Origin: Woeseia sp.
Lineage (GTDB): Bacteria > Pseudomonadota > Gammaproteobacteria > Steroidobacterales > Woeseiaceae
Assembly: GCA_018701055.1 (NCBI GenBank)
Contig: JABIUH010000437.1
Location: forward strand, 1-38,201
Direction: 5' to 3'
DNA length: 38,201 nucleotides
Below the pieces are notes generated by a model. That model was not told the DNA's origin and made no database searches. It was given only the letters and a program-made list of their open reading frames with translations. This document shows positions 10,075 to 23,234 of the stretch, piece after piece. The position numbers and the translations under genes were made by a program. Position 1 is the stretch's first letter. The number at the start of each line of letters is the position of its first letter.

Positions 10075-10092
10075 TGAATGAACAATCATTCA
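10075..10092. promoter_or_regulatory. Candidate TetR/BetI-type operator: perfect 7-4-7 inverted repeat TGAATGA-ACAA-TCATTCA
   Basis: Read directly from the sequence. It lies in the 158-bp divergent intergenic region between the aminotransferase operon (start 10010) and the TetR gene (start 10169). Confidence 0.45.
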
Positions 10093-10168
10093 TTTTATGT
10101 CATTATCACCCTACCAAACAAAGTCTTAGGTAGTTTCTTTTGTCCATTAATCCTGAAAAATCAGAAAG

Positions 10169-10822
10169 TTGCCAGCGATGGTAGCCGGCAGCGCAACCGT
10201 GGGCCGGCGCGCATTGGCGAAAGAACAGCGCCGCCAGCAATTGATCGATGCCACGATCAAATGTATCGCGAAGAAAGGATTAAGCAGCACAACACTCGCG
10301 GATGTTGCGAAGGAAGCCGGCTTATCCCAAGGAATCGTCAACCTGCATTTTGATAGCAAAGATAATCTGCTTTACGAGACCTTGCGATACGTATCAGAAG
10401 ATTATGACAAACAGTTCATGGCAACCTATGCGCAAACATCCGCCGACCCTGCCGCCTGCTTGCTCGCGTTGATCAAAATGGATTTACAACCATCAATCTG
10501 TGATGCCAAGAAACTCGCGGTGTGGTTCGCGTTTTGGAGCGAAGTGAAAGCGGTCCCAACCTATCAGAAGTTATGTGCCGCGAGAGAACGCAAATATGAC
10601 GATGTCCTTGTCGACCTTGCCGCACGAATAATCGATGACGGCGGCTATGAGGATGCTGATGCCAGCCTGGTTGCCAAAGCACTGGGGTCGCTCACAGATG
10701 GATTGTGGCTCTCGTGCCTTGTCGATCCTAAAAGTTTCGACCGACAAGTCGCACTGAATACGGTTAAAAGCTATCTGCGCGGCATATTTCCCGATCATTA
10801 CCTAAGAGAACCAACAGCGTGA
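10169..10822 (+). CDS. TetR-family transcriptional repressor, BetI-like
   Basis: N-terminal HTH (RRQQLIDATIKCIAKKGLSSTTLADVAKEAGLSQGIVNLHF). BetI-like internal signatures WFAFW and LTDGLWLS, recalled from E. coli BetI. An alternative start lies a few codons downstream. Confidence 0.8.
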   Translation: MPAMVAGSATVGRRALAKEQRRQQLIDATIKCIAKKGLSSTTLADVAKEAGLSQGIVNLHFDSKDNLLYETLRYVSEDYDKQFMATYAQTSADPAACLLALIKMDLQPSICDAKKLAVWFAFWSEVKAVPTYQKLCAARERKYDDVLVDLAARIIDDGGYEDADASLVAKALGSLTDGLWLSCLVDPKSFDRQVALNTVKSYLRGIFPDHYLREPTA

Positions 10823-11979
10823 AATTAGAACTCAGTGACAACACCCTTGACTGGCAGGCAAAAGCGCGCGCATACGCGGATAAATACCTGCAACCCCACG
10901 AAGTCGAAGCCGAACTCAATGGCGGCGTACTAAGCGCCGAAATTACAAAGCGCAATAAAGCGCGTGCACTCGAGCTGGGCTTCAGTGCAATCGATGTGCC
11001 CAAGCGATGGGGCGGCCTGGAATTGCCGTTGATCGAACAGGTCGCCATTTGGGAGCAACTGGGTCGCGTAACCAATGCACTCTCGTGGTGTTTCCCAGAG
11101 CCACAAAAGTGGATGTTCGAGGCCTGCTCCGACGAGCAAATCGAGACCTATATCCTGCCAATGATGCGTGGCGAGAAAAAAGACTGCTACGCAATAACAG
11201 AGTCCGGTCCAGGATCGGATGTCGCCGGACTTGAGGCGACCGCAAGACGAGTAGGCGATGCATACCTATTAAATGGTGAAAAGTGGTACGTAACGAGTGC
11301 AAACCTGGCCAACTTTTTCTGGTTTCAGGCGGTCATACCCGAAGAGAACGCCGAAGCGCTGTTCCTGGTCGACATCGATGCACCGGGCGTTACGATGACA
11401 GCCAATCCTCTTTTCAGTCACACATACGCAGCACATCACCCGACCTACCAATTTAGTGACGTCGAAGTACCGCTGTCACAGCGCGTCGGCAGACCCGATG
11501 ACGGTATGGCTTATACCCGTAGCTGGTTTCGACACGAACGATTAATGATCGGTGCAAGAAGCTGCGGTGCCGCCGCGCGACTCATCGAAGATGCCACAAC
11601 GTTTGCTGAATCCAGAATGATTGGCGGAGAGCCCTTGAGTGAAAAGCAGGCGATTCAGTTCATGCTTGCAGATTGCGCAACCGAACTTTGGGCAGCCCGA
11701 CTAATGACCTTTGAGGCGGCAGCCGCCAGCGATCGCGGCGAAGATTTGAAGGCTCTACACAATCGTTGCTCCATGGTGAAACTGTATGTTTCTGAGATGG
11801 CAAATCGCGTTGTGGACCGAACCCTGCAGATTTTCGGCGGGCGCGGTTACATGCGAGAGAACGTTGCGGAGCGTTTCTTTAGAGAGCTGCGAGTTGACAG
11901 AATTTGGGAAGGCACAAGTGAAGTGCAGCGCCTGATCATCGCCCGAAACCTGCTCAAACGCGGCTTAGACAAGATGTAG
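10819..11979 (+). CDS. Acyl-CoA dehydrogenase family flavoprotein
   Basis: YAITESGPGSDVAG, FGGRGY and RIWEGTSEVQRLIIAR are present. The GTG start overlaps the TetR stop (GTGA at 10819-10822). Confidence 0.85.
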   Translation: MKLELSDNTLDWQAKARAYADKYLQPHEVEAELNGGVLSAEITKRNKARALELGFSAIDVPKRWGGLELPLIEQVAIWEQLGRVTNALSWCFPEPQKWMFEACSDEQIETYILPMMRGEKKDCYAITESGPGSDVAGLEATARRVGDAYLLNGEKWYVTSANLANFFWFQAVIPEENAEALFLVDIDAPGVTMTANPLFSHTYAAHHPTYQFSDVEVPLSQRVGRPDDGMAYTRSWFRHERLMIGARSCGAAARLIEDATTFAESRMIGGEPLSEKQAIQFMLADCATELWAARLMTFEAAAASDRGEDLKALHNRCSMVKLYVSEMANRVVDRTLQIFGGRGYMRENVAERFFRELRVDRIWEGTSEVQRLIIARNLLKRGLDKM

Positions 11980-12065
11980 TGAAATATTGATTATGCTTTT
12001 TGTAACCGTCGGCGTTGTGCTGGCCTGGTTTGTCGGCAAGAGAAAGCAAAAGTCAGCTGACGATG

Positions 12066-13286
12066 CTACCCATTGACGCTGGACGCTGTTCGAAGCTCAT
12101 GTAATAGCCACTCAACCCAGCGATTTTCATTAATTTCCATGAGTGAAAACGGGCCGGGACGATAAAATCGCGAATTTACACCGCGCCAATTGTTCACGAT
12201 GATCTCTTCATCCGCATAAGTGGTTACATCCCATAACCAAACCAGCTCATCACGATTGTAGTCTTGCCCCTCTACCGCATCATTCCGCACTAGCCAATAA
12301 ACCGTGCATTGGCAATTGCCCTGATCAACGGGTGTAAAAACATACATAACGACATGATCGCTGTACGCGAGCAGGTACGAGAACGGGCCAATCATGATAT
12401 CGGACGCGCCGCCATCGTAGTCCGTCAAATTGCCGAGCAACGGCGCTACCGGCGCTCCGTCACGGCTACCGGTTTTGTAGCCCTCAAACATTGCTGTTCG
12501 GCTATAGCCGTAGCCCTGCTGGCCGGCCGGCGCGTCCAGGTCGGTAAAGTCCAACTCCATATCTCTTAGGCCGCAGCTCTGCATGCGTTCCAGCATTTTC
12601 GATTGCACACGCGCCATTTTCTTGCCGTCGAGCATCAACGTGTGCATTTTCGCGTATTCCGCGTGGGACGGCGCACAGTGGTAACACTCTTGATAGTTCT
12701 CAACCGCAAGTTTCCAGTTCGCGGCAATCGGATAAGTTTTGACAGCCGCTACTTTCAGATCTTCGAGCCCAAACATTCGCAGAGGCTCATCGAGATCACT
12801 TTTCGCACGATCGAGAGATGGCGGTCCCTCACTGAAACAAACGAACATCAATCCTTGTATTACGTCGATTGAGATTCCATTCAGTCCGTACTGACTCTTA
12901 TCAAAATCCGCAGGCATATTCCGCGCCCCGACCAAGTTCCCCTCAGTGTCATAAACCCACGCATGGTAGGGACACTCGAAGCGACGTTTGTTACCCGCCT
13001 CCTCGAGGCAAACCACCGAGCCTCGATGCCGACACACGTTCGCGAAAGCCCGAAGAGCACCATCCTGGCCACGCACAATAATGGCGGATTCATTGGCGAC
13101 ATTGATTACTTTGAAGTCGCCAGGTTCTGCCACCTCAGATTCATGCCCGGCTAGAATCCAATTACGCATTACAATTTGATCTATCTCTAACTGATAGACC
13201 TCTGGATCGACGTAAAACCGTTGCTCCAGCGACCAGCCGCTTTTTTGGCAGGCGATCAGCTCGCTAATGGGTCGGGTATCGGACAT
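12066..13286 (-). CDS. Rieske [2Fe-2S] non-haem-iron oxygenase, alpha subunit type (GbcA/CntA/Stc2-like class)
   Basis: Rieske motif CRHRGSVVC...CPYHAWVY and mononuclear-iron motif ENYQECYHCAPSH. Length 406 aa. Confidence 0.85.
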   Translation of the reverse strand: MSDTRPISELIACQKSGWSLEQRFYVDPEVYQLEIDQIVMRNWILAGHESEVAEPGDFKVINVANESAIIVRGQDGALRAFANVCRHRGSVVCLEEAGNKRRFECPYHAWVYDTEGNLVGARNMPADFDKSQYGLNGISIDVIQGLMFVCFSEGPPSLDRAKSDLDEPLRMFGLEDLKVAAVKTYPIAANWKLAVENYQECYHCAPSHAEYAKMHTLMLDGKKMARVQSKMLERMQSCGLRDMELDFTDLDAPAGQQGYGYSRTAMFEGYKTGSRDGAPVAPLLGNLTDYDGGASDIMIGPFSYLLAYSDHVVMYVFTPVDQGNCQCTVYWLVRNDAVEGQDYNRDELVWLWDVTTYADEEIIVNNWRGVNSRFYRPGPFSLMEINENRWVEWLLHELRTASSVNG

Positions 13287-13358
13287 ATTGAAAACTCAAT
13301 TAATTCTTAGCTACATTCTAATATGGTAGAGAACGATGTCGAGACTCAAATTTCACCT

Positions 13359-13370
13359 TGTGAATTCACA
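13359..13370. promoter_or_regulatory. Perfect 12-bp palindrome TGTGAATTCACA in a divergent promoter region
   Basis: Read directly. It lies 57 bp upstream of the first gal-operon ATG (13427) and 73 bp upstream of the Rieske gene start (13286). Confidence 0.3.
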
Positions 13371-13426
13371 CCATTATACTGCTCGCATAAAAAGAGCCTT
13401 TAGCGGCCTGTGCCGGGTTATCAACC

Positions 13427-14392
13427 ATGAAAAGCCGAGTTGGGGATCAGCTTGCGAATATCGCAGGCAACGTGTGTCTGCAGAATTCATCTGTGGCGAT
13501 TTCTTTCCTGCCTGGTGCTGGCGGAAATATCTCCGCAATCACTGGCTTGCGAACCGGTCGCAATTGGCTTTGGCAAAACCCACATCTTCCGATTACGAAC
13601 AATCGTAGTGGCGAAGATTATGGTCAGTCTTTGGACTCCGGCGGTTGGGATGAAATGCTGCTGTCTATTGCGACGTCTGAATTTGAAACCACGCATTCAA
13701 CTCGGATACAGATAGCAGATCATGGGGACCTGGTTCGTCAAAGCTGGGGCGCAGAAGTTCAAAGCGACACCCATGGAAACGAACGTTGTCGCATGACCGC
13801 AAGCGGTGCTGCGCTGAAATATGACTTTGTGCGGACAGCACGCCTGCAATCCGATGCGCCGATAATCATCTTCGACTATTCGCTAACCAATAATGAAGCG
13901 TTCGAATGGCCCTTTTATTGGTGCCCACACGCATTGCTCGATGCACAGTCGGGCATGACAATTGAGTTACCACCCGATCTCCCATTTCATCTTGACGGTG
14001 CGGGCGTTCCAGCCATTGAGCGTTGGCCGTGGCTTCCGGTTGAGGGCCGTCCGTCGCTTGATCTTTCGAACAGTTTTGCTGCAGATGGTGAAAATTTTGC
14101 CCGCAAGATTTTTGTTCGCGCACCCAGTGACGGAAGCGTATCGGTTATTGCCTCGGAAACAGATGAACGACTGACCCTGACATTCGATCCCAACGTACTA
14201 CCCTGGTTGGGATTGTGGATAAACAACCAAGGTTGGTCTGAGTGCGGTTCTGAGCCGTACCAAAACTTAGGGTTGGAGCCCTCGACGACGAACTACGATT
14301 GCGTGGCCGAGGCCGTTAGGAATGACGCCATAGATTGGATTCAGCCTGACGAAACACGCGCATGGACGCTTACAGTAGAATTAACCGCATGA
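13427..14392 (+). CDS. Aldose-1-epimerase (galactose mutarotase)-like fold protein
   Basis: Mutarotase-superfamily pattern: GGWDEM, DHGDL..QSW, a conserved His in WCPHALL, and LGLEPST. It is the first gene of the galK-galT operon, and its stop overlaps the galK start. Confidence 0.6.
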   Translation: MKSRVGDQLANIAGNVCLQNSSVAISFLPGAGGNISAITGLRTGRNWLWQNPHLPITNNRSGEDYGQSLDSGGWDEMLLSIATSEFETTHSTRIQIADHGDLVRQSWGAEVQSDTHGNERCRMTASGAALKYDFVRTARLQSDAPIIIFDYSLTNNEAFEWPFYWCPHALLDAQSGMTIELPPDLPFHLDGAGVPAIERWPWLPVEGRPSLDLSNSFAADGENFARKIFVRAPSDGSVSVIASETDERLTLTFDPNVLPWLGLWINNQGWSECGSEPYQNLGLEPSTTNYDCVAEAVRNDAIDWIQPDETRAWTLTVELTA

Positions 14393-15533
14393 TTCAAGCC
14401 GCGCAATTCGTTAGTGACGTCGCCTCGGACGCCAGGATTTTTCGAGCACCCGGTCGAGTCAATATCATCGGCGAGCACACTGACTACAACGACGGATTGG
14501 TCTTACCAACCAATACAGCCTTATACACCTGGCTTGCGATCAAACCTCGCACAGACCGAGTCGTATCAATACTCGCGAAAAACTTCGAGGAACAACGAGA
14601 CTTCAATCTTGATGCGATTGAGCCGAGCAACAAACCTGAGTGGATTGACTACCTGAAAGGGGTTTGTACAGAAATCGAGGCAACCGGCATCACCTTGTGT
14701 GGCGCTGAAATTGTCATTCACGGCGAGATTCCGATTGGTGGCGGCATGAGCTCCTCCGCGTCGCTTGAATTAGTGATGGCGACAGCAATGCTGGCAATCT
14801 CCGACGCGTCATTACCGGCTCAGGAAATCGCCAAACTATGCCAGCGAGCCGAACACACATTTGCCGGCGTCAATTGCGGCATCATGGATCAGTTCTCCAT
14901 CGCTTGCTGCGGCGAAGGGCAGGCGATATTGCTCGACTGCCGTTCGCTAGACACGAGGCCGGTCGTCATTCCCGAGGAAATTACGTTACTGATCACCGAT
15001 AGTGGCGTCAATCACAAGTTGTCAGACGGTGGCTACAACCAACGCGCAATCGAATGCCAAGACGCGGTAGCGATTATCCAAGAGCGATATTCTTCCGTCA
15101 CGTCGTTGCGTGATGTATCACCCAAACAAATGCACTCTGTGACCGAACAGTTAGGAGATCTGTTGCTACGTCGTTGCCGCCATGTCATCACAGAGATCGA
15201 GCGCGTGAAGACTGTATTCGATGCGCTCAATTCAGGTGACATTGAAACCGTCGGGCAGCTGGTAAGCAGATCGCACTCAAGTCTGCGCGATGACTTCGAG
15301 GTGAGTTGCGACGAAGTCGAGTCGCTGGTGAGCATCACAAACGCCTGCAAAGGTGTTCTGGGCTCTAGAATGGTGGGCGCCGGTTTTGGCGGCTGTGTTT
15401 TGTCTATCGTTCAAGCTGTACATGTCGAAGCCGTCAGACAACAAATAGCGCAGGAATATAGAACCAACAATGGTAAATCGCCGTGGATGCATACCGTGGC
15501 ATCGACGATGCCTGCAGCAGAGTACAGCGCGAC

Positions 15534-15537
<4 letters not shown>
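14389..15537 (+). CDS. galK: Galactokinase
   Basis: Signature APGRVNIIGEHTDYNDGLVLP and GHMP ATP motif GGGMSSSASLE. I place the start at ATG 14389, forming an ATGA overlap with the upstream stop. The ORF-track start at 14362 lies inside the upstream gene. Confidence 0.92.
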
Positions 15538-19798
<4,261 letters not shown>

Positions 19799-19807
19799 GA
19801 ATTATTC

Positions 19808-21373
19808 ATGCATCTTGAATCACTGGATTTAGCCGTCGTCGCAATTTATGCGATCTCCCTATTGTTGCTGGCTCAATGGGTGTCCCGAGAAAAAGCAGGG
19901 CATCAAAAAGGAACCTCCGATTACTTTTTGGCCGGACGCTCATTGCCTTGGTGGGCGATTGGCGCATCTCTAATTGCCGCCAATATTTCAGCCGAACAAA
20001 TAATCGGCATGTCCGGATCGGCCTTCGTGATGGGCATAGCAATCGGTGCTTACGAGTGGATGGCCGCCATCACGCTAATTCTCGTGGGCAAATACTTACT
20101 GCCGGTTTTCCTCGAACACAAGATCTACACGATGCCACAATTTCTCGAGCAACGATTTGATGCAAGAGTGAAAACCATCCTGGGTCTCTTTTGGCTTGGT
20201 CTTTATGTGTTCGTCAATTTAACTGCCATCCTTTGGTTGGGCTCACTCGCGATTAATACAGTCACTGGTTTGGATATCGGGTACGCGTTGGTCCTTCTCG
20301 CTGCTTTTGCCACAGCCTATTCACTCTATGGCGGCCTCAGGGCCGTCGCCATGACTGACATCATTCAAGTGGTATTGCTGGTTTTGGGCGGCCTGTTCAT
20401 CGCCTACATTTCGATGAACGAAATCTCAGGGGGTGCTGGCGTCATTGCCGGGTTCCAAATGGTTCTCGAACAGGCACCGGAGAAATTCGATCTAATATTA
20501 TCCAAAGACAACCCAAACTATATGAGCTTGCCAGGCATCTCCGTGTTAGTTGGCGGCATGTGGATTATGAATTTATCTTATTGGGGGTTTAACCAATACA
20601 TCATTCAACGTGCGCTCGCGGCCAAAAACAATCGAGAAGCACAAAAAGGCATTATGTTTGCTGCATTTCTGAAAATGCTGATGCCGGTTTTGGTTGTGCT
20701 ACCTGGCATCGCGGCGGTCATTCTCACGCCGGACCTCGAGTCGCCAGACCATGCCTATCCGGAAATGATGAAATTACTGCCTACCGGGCTTGCAGGTCTG
20801 GTGTTCGCCGCATTGATCGCAGCAATCGTGTCGTCACTGGCGTCGATGATGAACAGCATCTCAACGATATTCACAATGGACATTTACTTGCAGTTCACAA
20901 AGAGCACTAAAACGGAATCACAATTAGTGACGGTCGGTCGAGTGACCAGCCTGACCGCTATTATCATCGCCGCAATTGTTGCCCGCCCACTACTCGGTAA
21001 TTTCGATCAGGCCTTTCAATACATCCAGGACTTCACCGGATTCTTCACGCCTGGCGTCGTCGTCATCTTCCTGATGGGTATCTTTTGGAAAAAGGCAACC
21101 GCATTGGGTGCCATTGGTGCTGCGCTCGGCTCTTTCTTCATATCGCTAGGCTTCTATCTATATCTCCCATCCATGCCATTTATGGACAGAGTCGGAATTG
21201 TCTTCCTCGCCTGCCTTACTATTGGAGTCGTGGTTTCGATTGCGCAGGGACAGGGCGAACAAGCAAAGGCTATTGACTACGAATCCGTTGATACTTCAAC
21301 CAGCAATAGCTTCAATCTCGCCGCTGCTGTAATCGCAATGTTACTCATCGCACTTTATGCCACTTGGTGGTAA
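19808..21373 (+). CDS. Sodium:solute symporter (SSS family, SGLT/vSGLT-like sugar transporter)
   Basis: YFLAGRSLPWWAIGASLIAANISAEQIIGMSG and a polytopic hydrophobic profile. It starts 9 bp after lacZ. Confidence 0.85.
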   Translation: MHLESLDLAVVAIYAISLLLLAQWVSREKAGHQKGTSDYFLAGRSLPWWAIGASLIAANISAEQIIGMSGSAFVMGIAIGAYEWMAAITLILVGKYLLPVFLEHKIYTMPQFLEQRFDARVKTILGLFWLGLYVFVNLTAILWLGSLAINTVTGLDIGYALVLLAAFATAYSLYGGLRAVAMTDIIQVVLLVLGGLFIAYISMNEISGGAGVIAGFQMVLEQAPEKFDLILSKDNPNYMSLPGISVLVGGMWIMNLSYWGFNQYIIQRALAAKNNREAQKGIMFAAFLKMLMPVLVVLPGIAAVILTPDLESPDHAYPEMMKLLPTGLAGLVFAALIAAIVSSLASMMNSISTIFTMDIYLQFTKSTKTESQLVTVGRVTSLTAIIIAAIVARPLLGNFDQAFQYIQDFTGFFTPGVVVIFLMGIFWKKATALGAIGAALGSFFISLGFYLYLPSMPFMDRVGIVFLACLTIGVVVSIAQGQGEQAKAIDYESVDTSTSNSFNLAAAVIAMLLIALYATWW

Positions 21374-21386
21374 CCGGAGCTCGAAC

Positions 21387-23231
21387 ATGAAAATCATCAT
21401 CAGCGCCTTGGCGATATTTTGCTCAATACTCGCCTTCGCCCAACAAAGTGATACGACGTACGGCGTCGATATCGAAAAAAGTGTCCAAGTCGAAATGCGC
21501 GATGGCACGCATCTCTCAGTAGATCTCTATCGGCCGTCAGGAAAGACGGACAAGCAATCGACCATATTGGTGCGCACCCCGTACAGTAAGAATTTCTCAG
21601 GCGCCTTTAATGATCCGTATCAGCGATCATTGGTCCGCAAGGGCTACACGTTGGCAATTGCGGATATGCGTGGCCGCTTCGAATCAGAAGGGCTCTACAA
21701 ACCGGCCGTTAATGAACGAAACGATTCCTATGATTTGGTTTCGTGGATCACTGAACAGTCGTGGTCCGATAACAAAGTTGCAACCATGGGCTGCTCCTAC
21801 CTCGGCGACGCTCAAGTTATCCTGGCCGCGACTCGTCATCCCAGTCATGTCGCTGCCATACCAATGGCGTCAGCAACCGGCTACCTTGCGGAGGGACGGC
21901 CTTGGCAGGCATACGATGGTGGCGTATTCGAGCTTGCACAAACAGCCGGTTGGTTCTCCGGCAGCGGCAGTGAAGTTGTCTATGGCCCCCCTGCGTGGAT
22001 CGATCGCCAGGAATGGTTTCAGTCAGAGGCATCAAAAGGGTTTGTACAGACGCAGACCCGGAATCAGATCGACTATTACGACTACGTCTCCTCGTTGCCC
22101 ATCGTCGACATATTGAAGAAATCGGGCGCGCCACCCACCGACTACGTGAACTTTGTATCGAACAACCCAAATGGCGAATATTTTCGCAACCTCGATTGGG
22201 CGAAACCTGACGATCGATTCAACACGCCGATGCTGATGGTCGACTCGTGGTACGACTACGGTGTCGCCGAATCTTTAGAGTTGTGGCAACTGGCGCAAGA
22301 CAACGCGGTCAGTGACACCGCTCGCGACAATCAATTTTTGGTTATCGCGCCGACCACGCATTGTGCTTACACCCGCATGGACGGGAGCGAATTGTGGTCC
22401 GCCGGGGATCGCGACATGGGCTCTGTTGGATTTGATTTCCTCGATATGCAAACCCGCTGGTATGACCGCTGGTTGTCAGGCGAGGAAAACGGCATCACCG
22501 ACATGCCGAAGATCCAGTATTTCCTGATGGGAAAAAATGAGTGGAAAGGCACCGATGTATGGCCTGTGGCGAACACCGAATTCCGGAAATTCTATTTATC
22601 GAGTGATGGCAATGCCAATTCCCGTTTTGGTGATGGCCGAATTTCTTTGACGGTGCCCAACGTCGCAAGATCCGATCACTATGTCTATGACCCTGCGACA
22701 CCCGTGCCGTCCATTGGCGGACAAGCCTGCTGTACGGGATTGGAAACCGGTGCCGGAGCATTTGATCAGTCGGCAACGGAAATGCGCCAGGACGTACTGG
22801 TCTATACCTCGGACACGTTGGAAGAAGGCATCGAAGTCACAGGATCATTGGAGGTCGTTCTATACGTATCGTCCGATGCTAAAGACACAGACTTCATGGC
22901 CAAGCTGGTGGATGTCTATCCTGATGGCACGGCGTTCAATGTTCAGGAAGGTGCACTGCGCATGCGCTACCGCGAGGGTTTCGAAAATAAGGTCTGGATG
23001 GAAACCGGCGAAGTCTACGAAGCGCGCCTGAACCTGCACGCGACGTCGAATTACTTCGGTCCTGGCCACAAAATAAGGCTGGAAGTTTCGAGCTCCAGCT
23101 TCCCGCGTTTCGATCGAAACCTAAATACCGGCGGCAACAACTATGATGAGTCAGAATGGGTATTGGCTAAAAACGCCTTGCATCATTCGGCTGATCACCC
23201 ATCGCACATTATCTTACCGGTAGTCCCATAA
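21387..23231 (+). CDS. Secreted CocE/NonD family hydrolase (S15 X-Pro dipeptidyl-peptidase-like alpha/beta hydrolase)
   Basis: Sec signal MKIIISALAIFCSILAFA-QQ, family N-terminal pattern (MRDGTHLSVDLYRP), nucleophile context GCSYLG, and a C-terminal beta-sandwich (LEVSSSSFPRFDRNLNTG). Start ATG 21387 is preceded by GGAG. Confidence 0.8.
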   Translation: MKIIISALAIFCSILAFAQQSDTTYGVDIEKSVQVEMRDGTHLSVDLYRPSGKTDKQSTILVRTPYSKNFSGAFNDPYQRSLVRKGYTLAIADMRGRFESEGLYKPAVNERNDSYDLVSWITEQSWSDNKVATMGCSYLGDAQVILAATRHPSHVAAIPMASATGYLAEGRPWQAYDGGVFELAQTAGWFSGSGSEVVYGPPAWIDRQEWFQSEASKGFVQTQTRNQIDYYDYVSSLPIVDILKKSGAPPTDYVNFVSNNPNGEYFRNLDWAKPDDRFNTPMLMVDSWYDYGVAESLELWQLAQDNAVSDTARDNQFLVIAPTTHCAYTRMDGSELWSAGDRDMGSVGFDFLDMQTRWYDRWLSGEENGITDMPKIQYFLMGKNEWKGTDVWPVANTEFRKFYLSSDGNANSRFGDGRISLTVPNVARSDHYVYDPATPVPSIGGQACCTGLETGAGAFDQSATEMRQDVLVYTSDTLEEGIEVTGSLEVVLYVSSDAKDTDFMAKLVDVYPDGTAFNVQEGALRMRYREGFENKVWMETGEVYEARLNLHATSNYFGPGHKIRLEVSSSSFPRFDRNLNTGGNNYDESEWVLAKNALHHSADHPSHIILPVVP

Positions 23232-23234
23232 ACC

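Noticed and set aside
8676-10085. Long N-terminal extensions given by the ORF track (also 14362, 15483, 21357, 29709, 34865)
   Set aside because: The extensions overlap upstream genes or add non-conserved leaders. Internal starts with an RBS or an ATGA-type overlap with the upstream stop fit the conserved protein N-termini better.
11993-12076. 27-codon ORF MLFVTVGVVLAWFVGKRKQKSADDATH (one TM helix plus a basic tail) downstream of the acyl-CoA dehydrogenase gene
   Set aside because: The composition is plausible for a small membrane peptide. However, there is no convincing RBS, it overlaps the 3' end of the convergent Rieske gene, and conservation cannot be tested here.
13359-13370. CRP/cAMP binding site upstream of the gal operon
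   Set aside because: The half-sites match TGTGA/TCACA, but the spacer is 2 bp instead of the canonical 6 bp. It is kept only as an unassigned palindrome.
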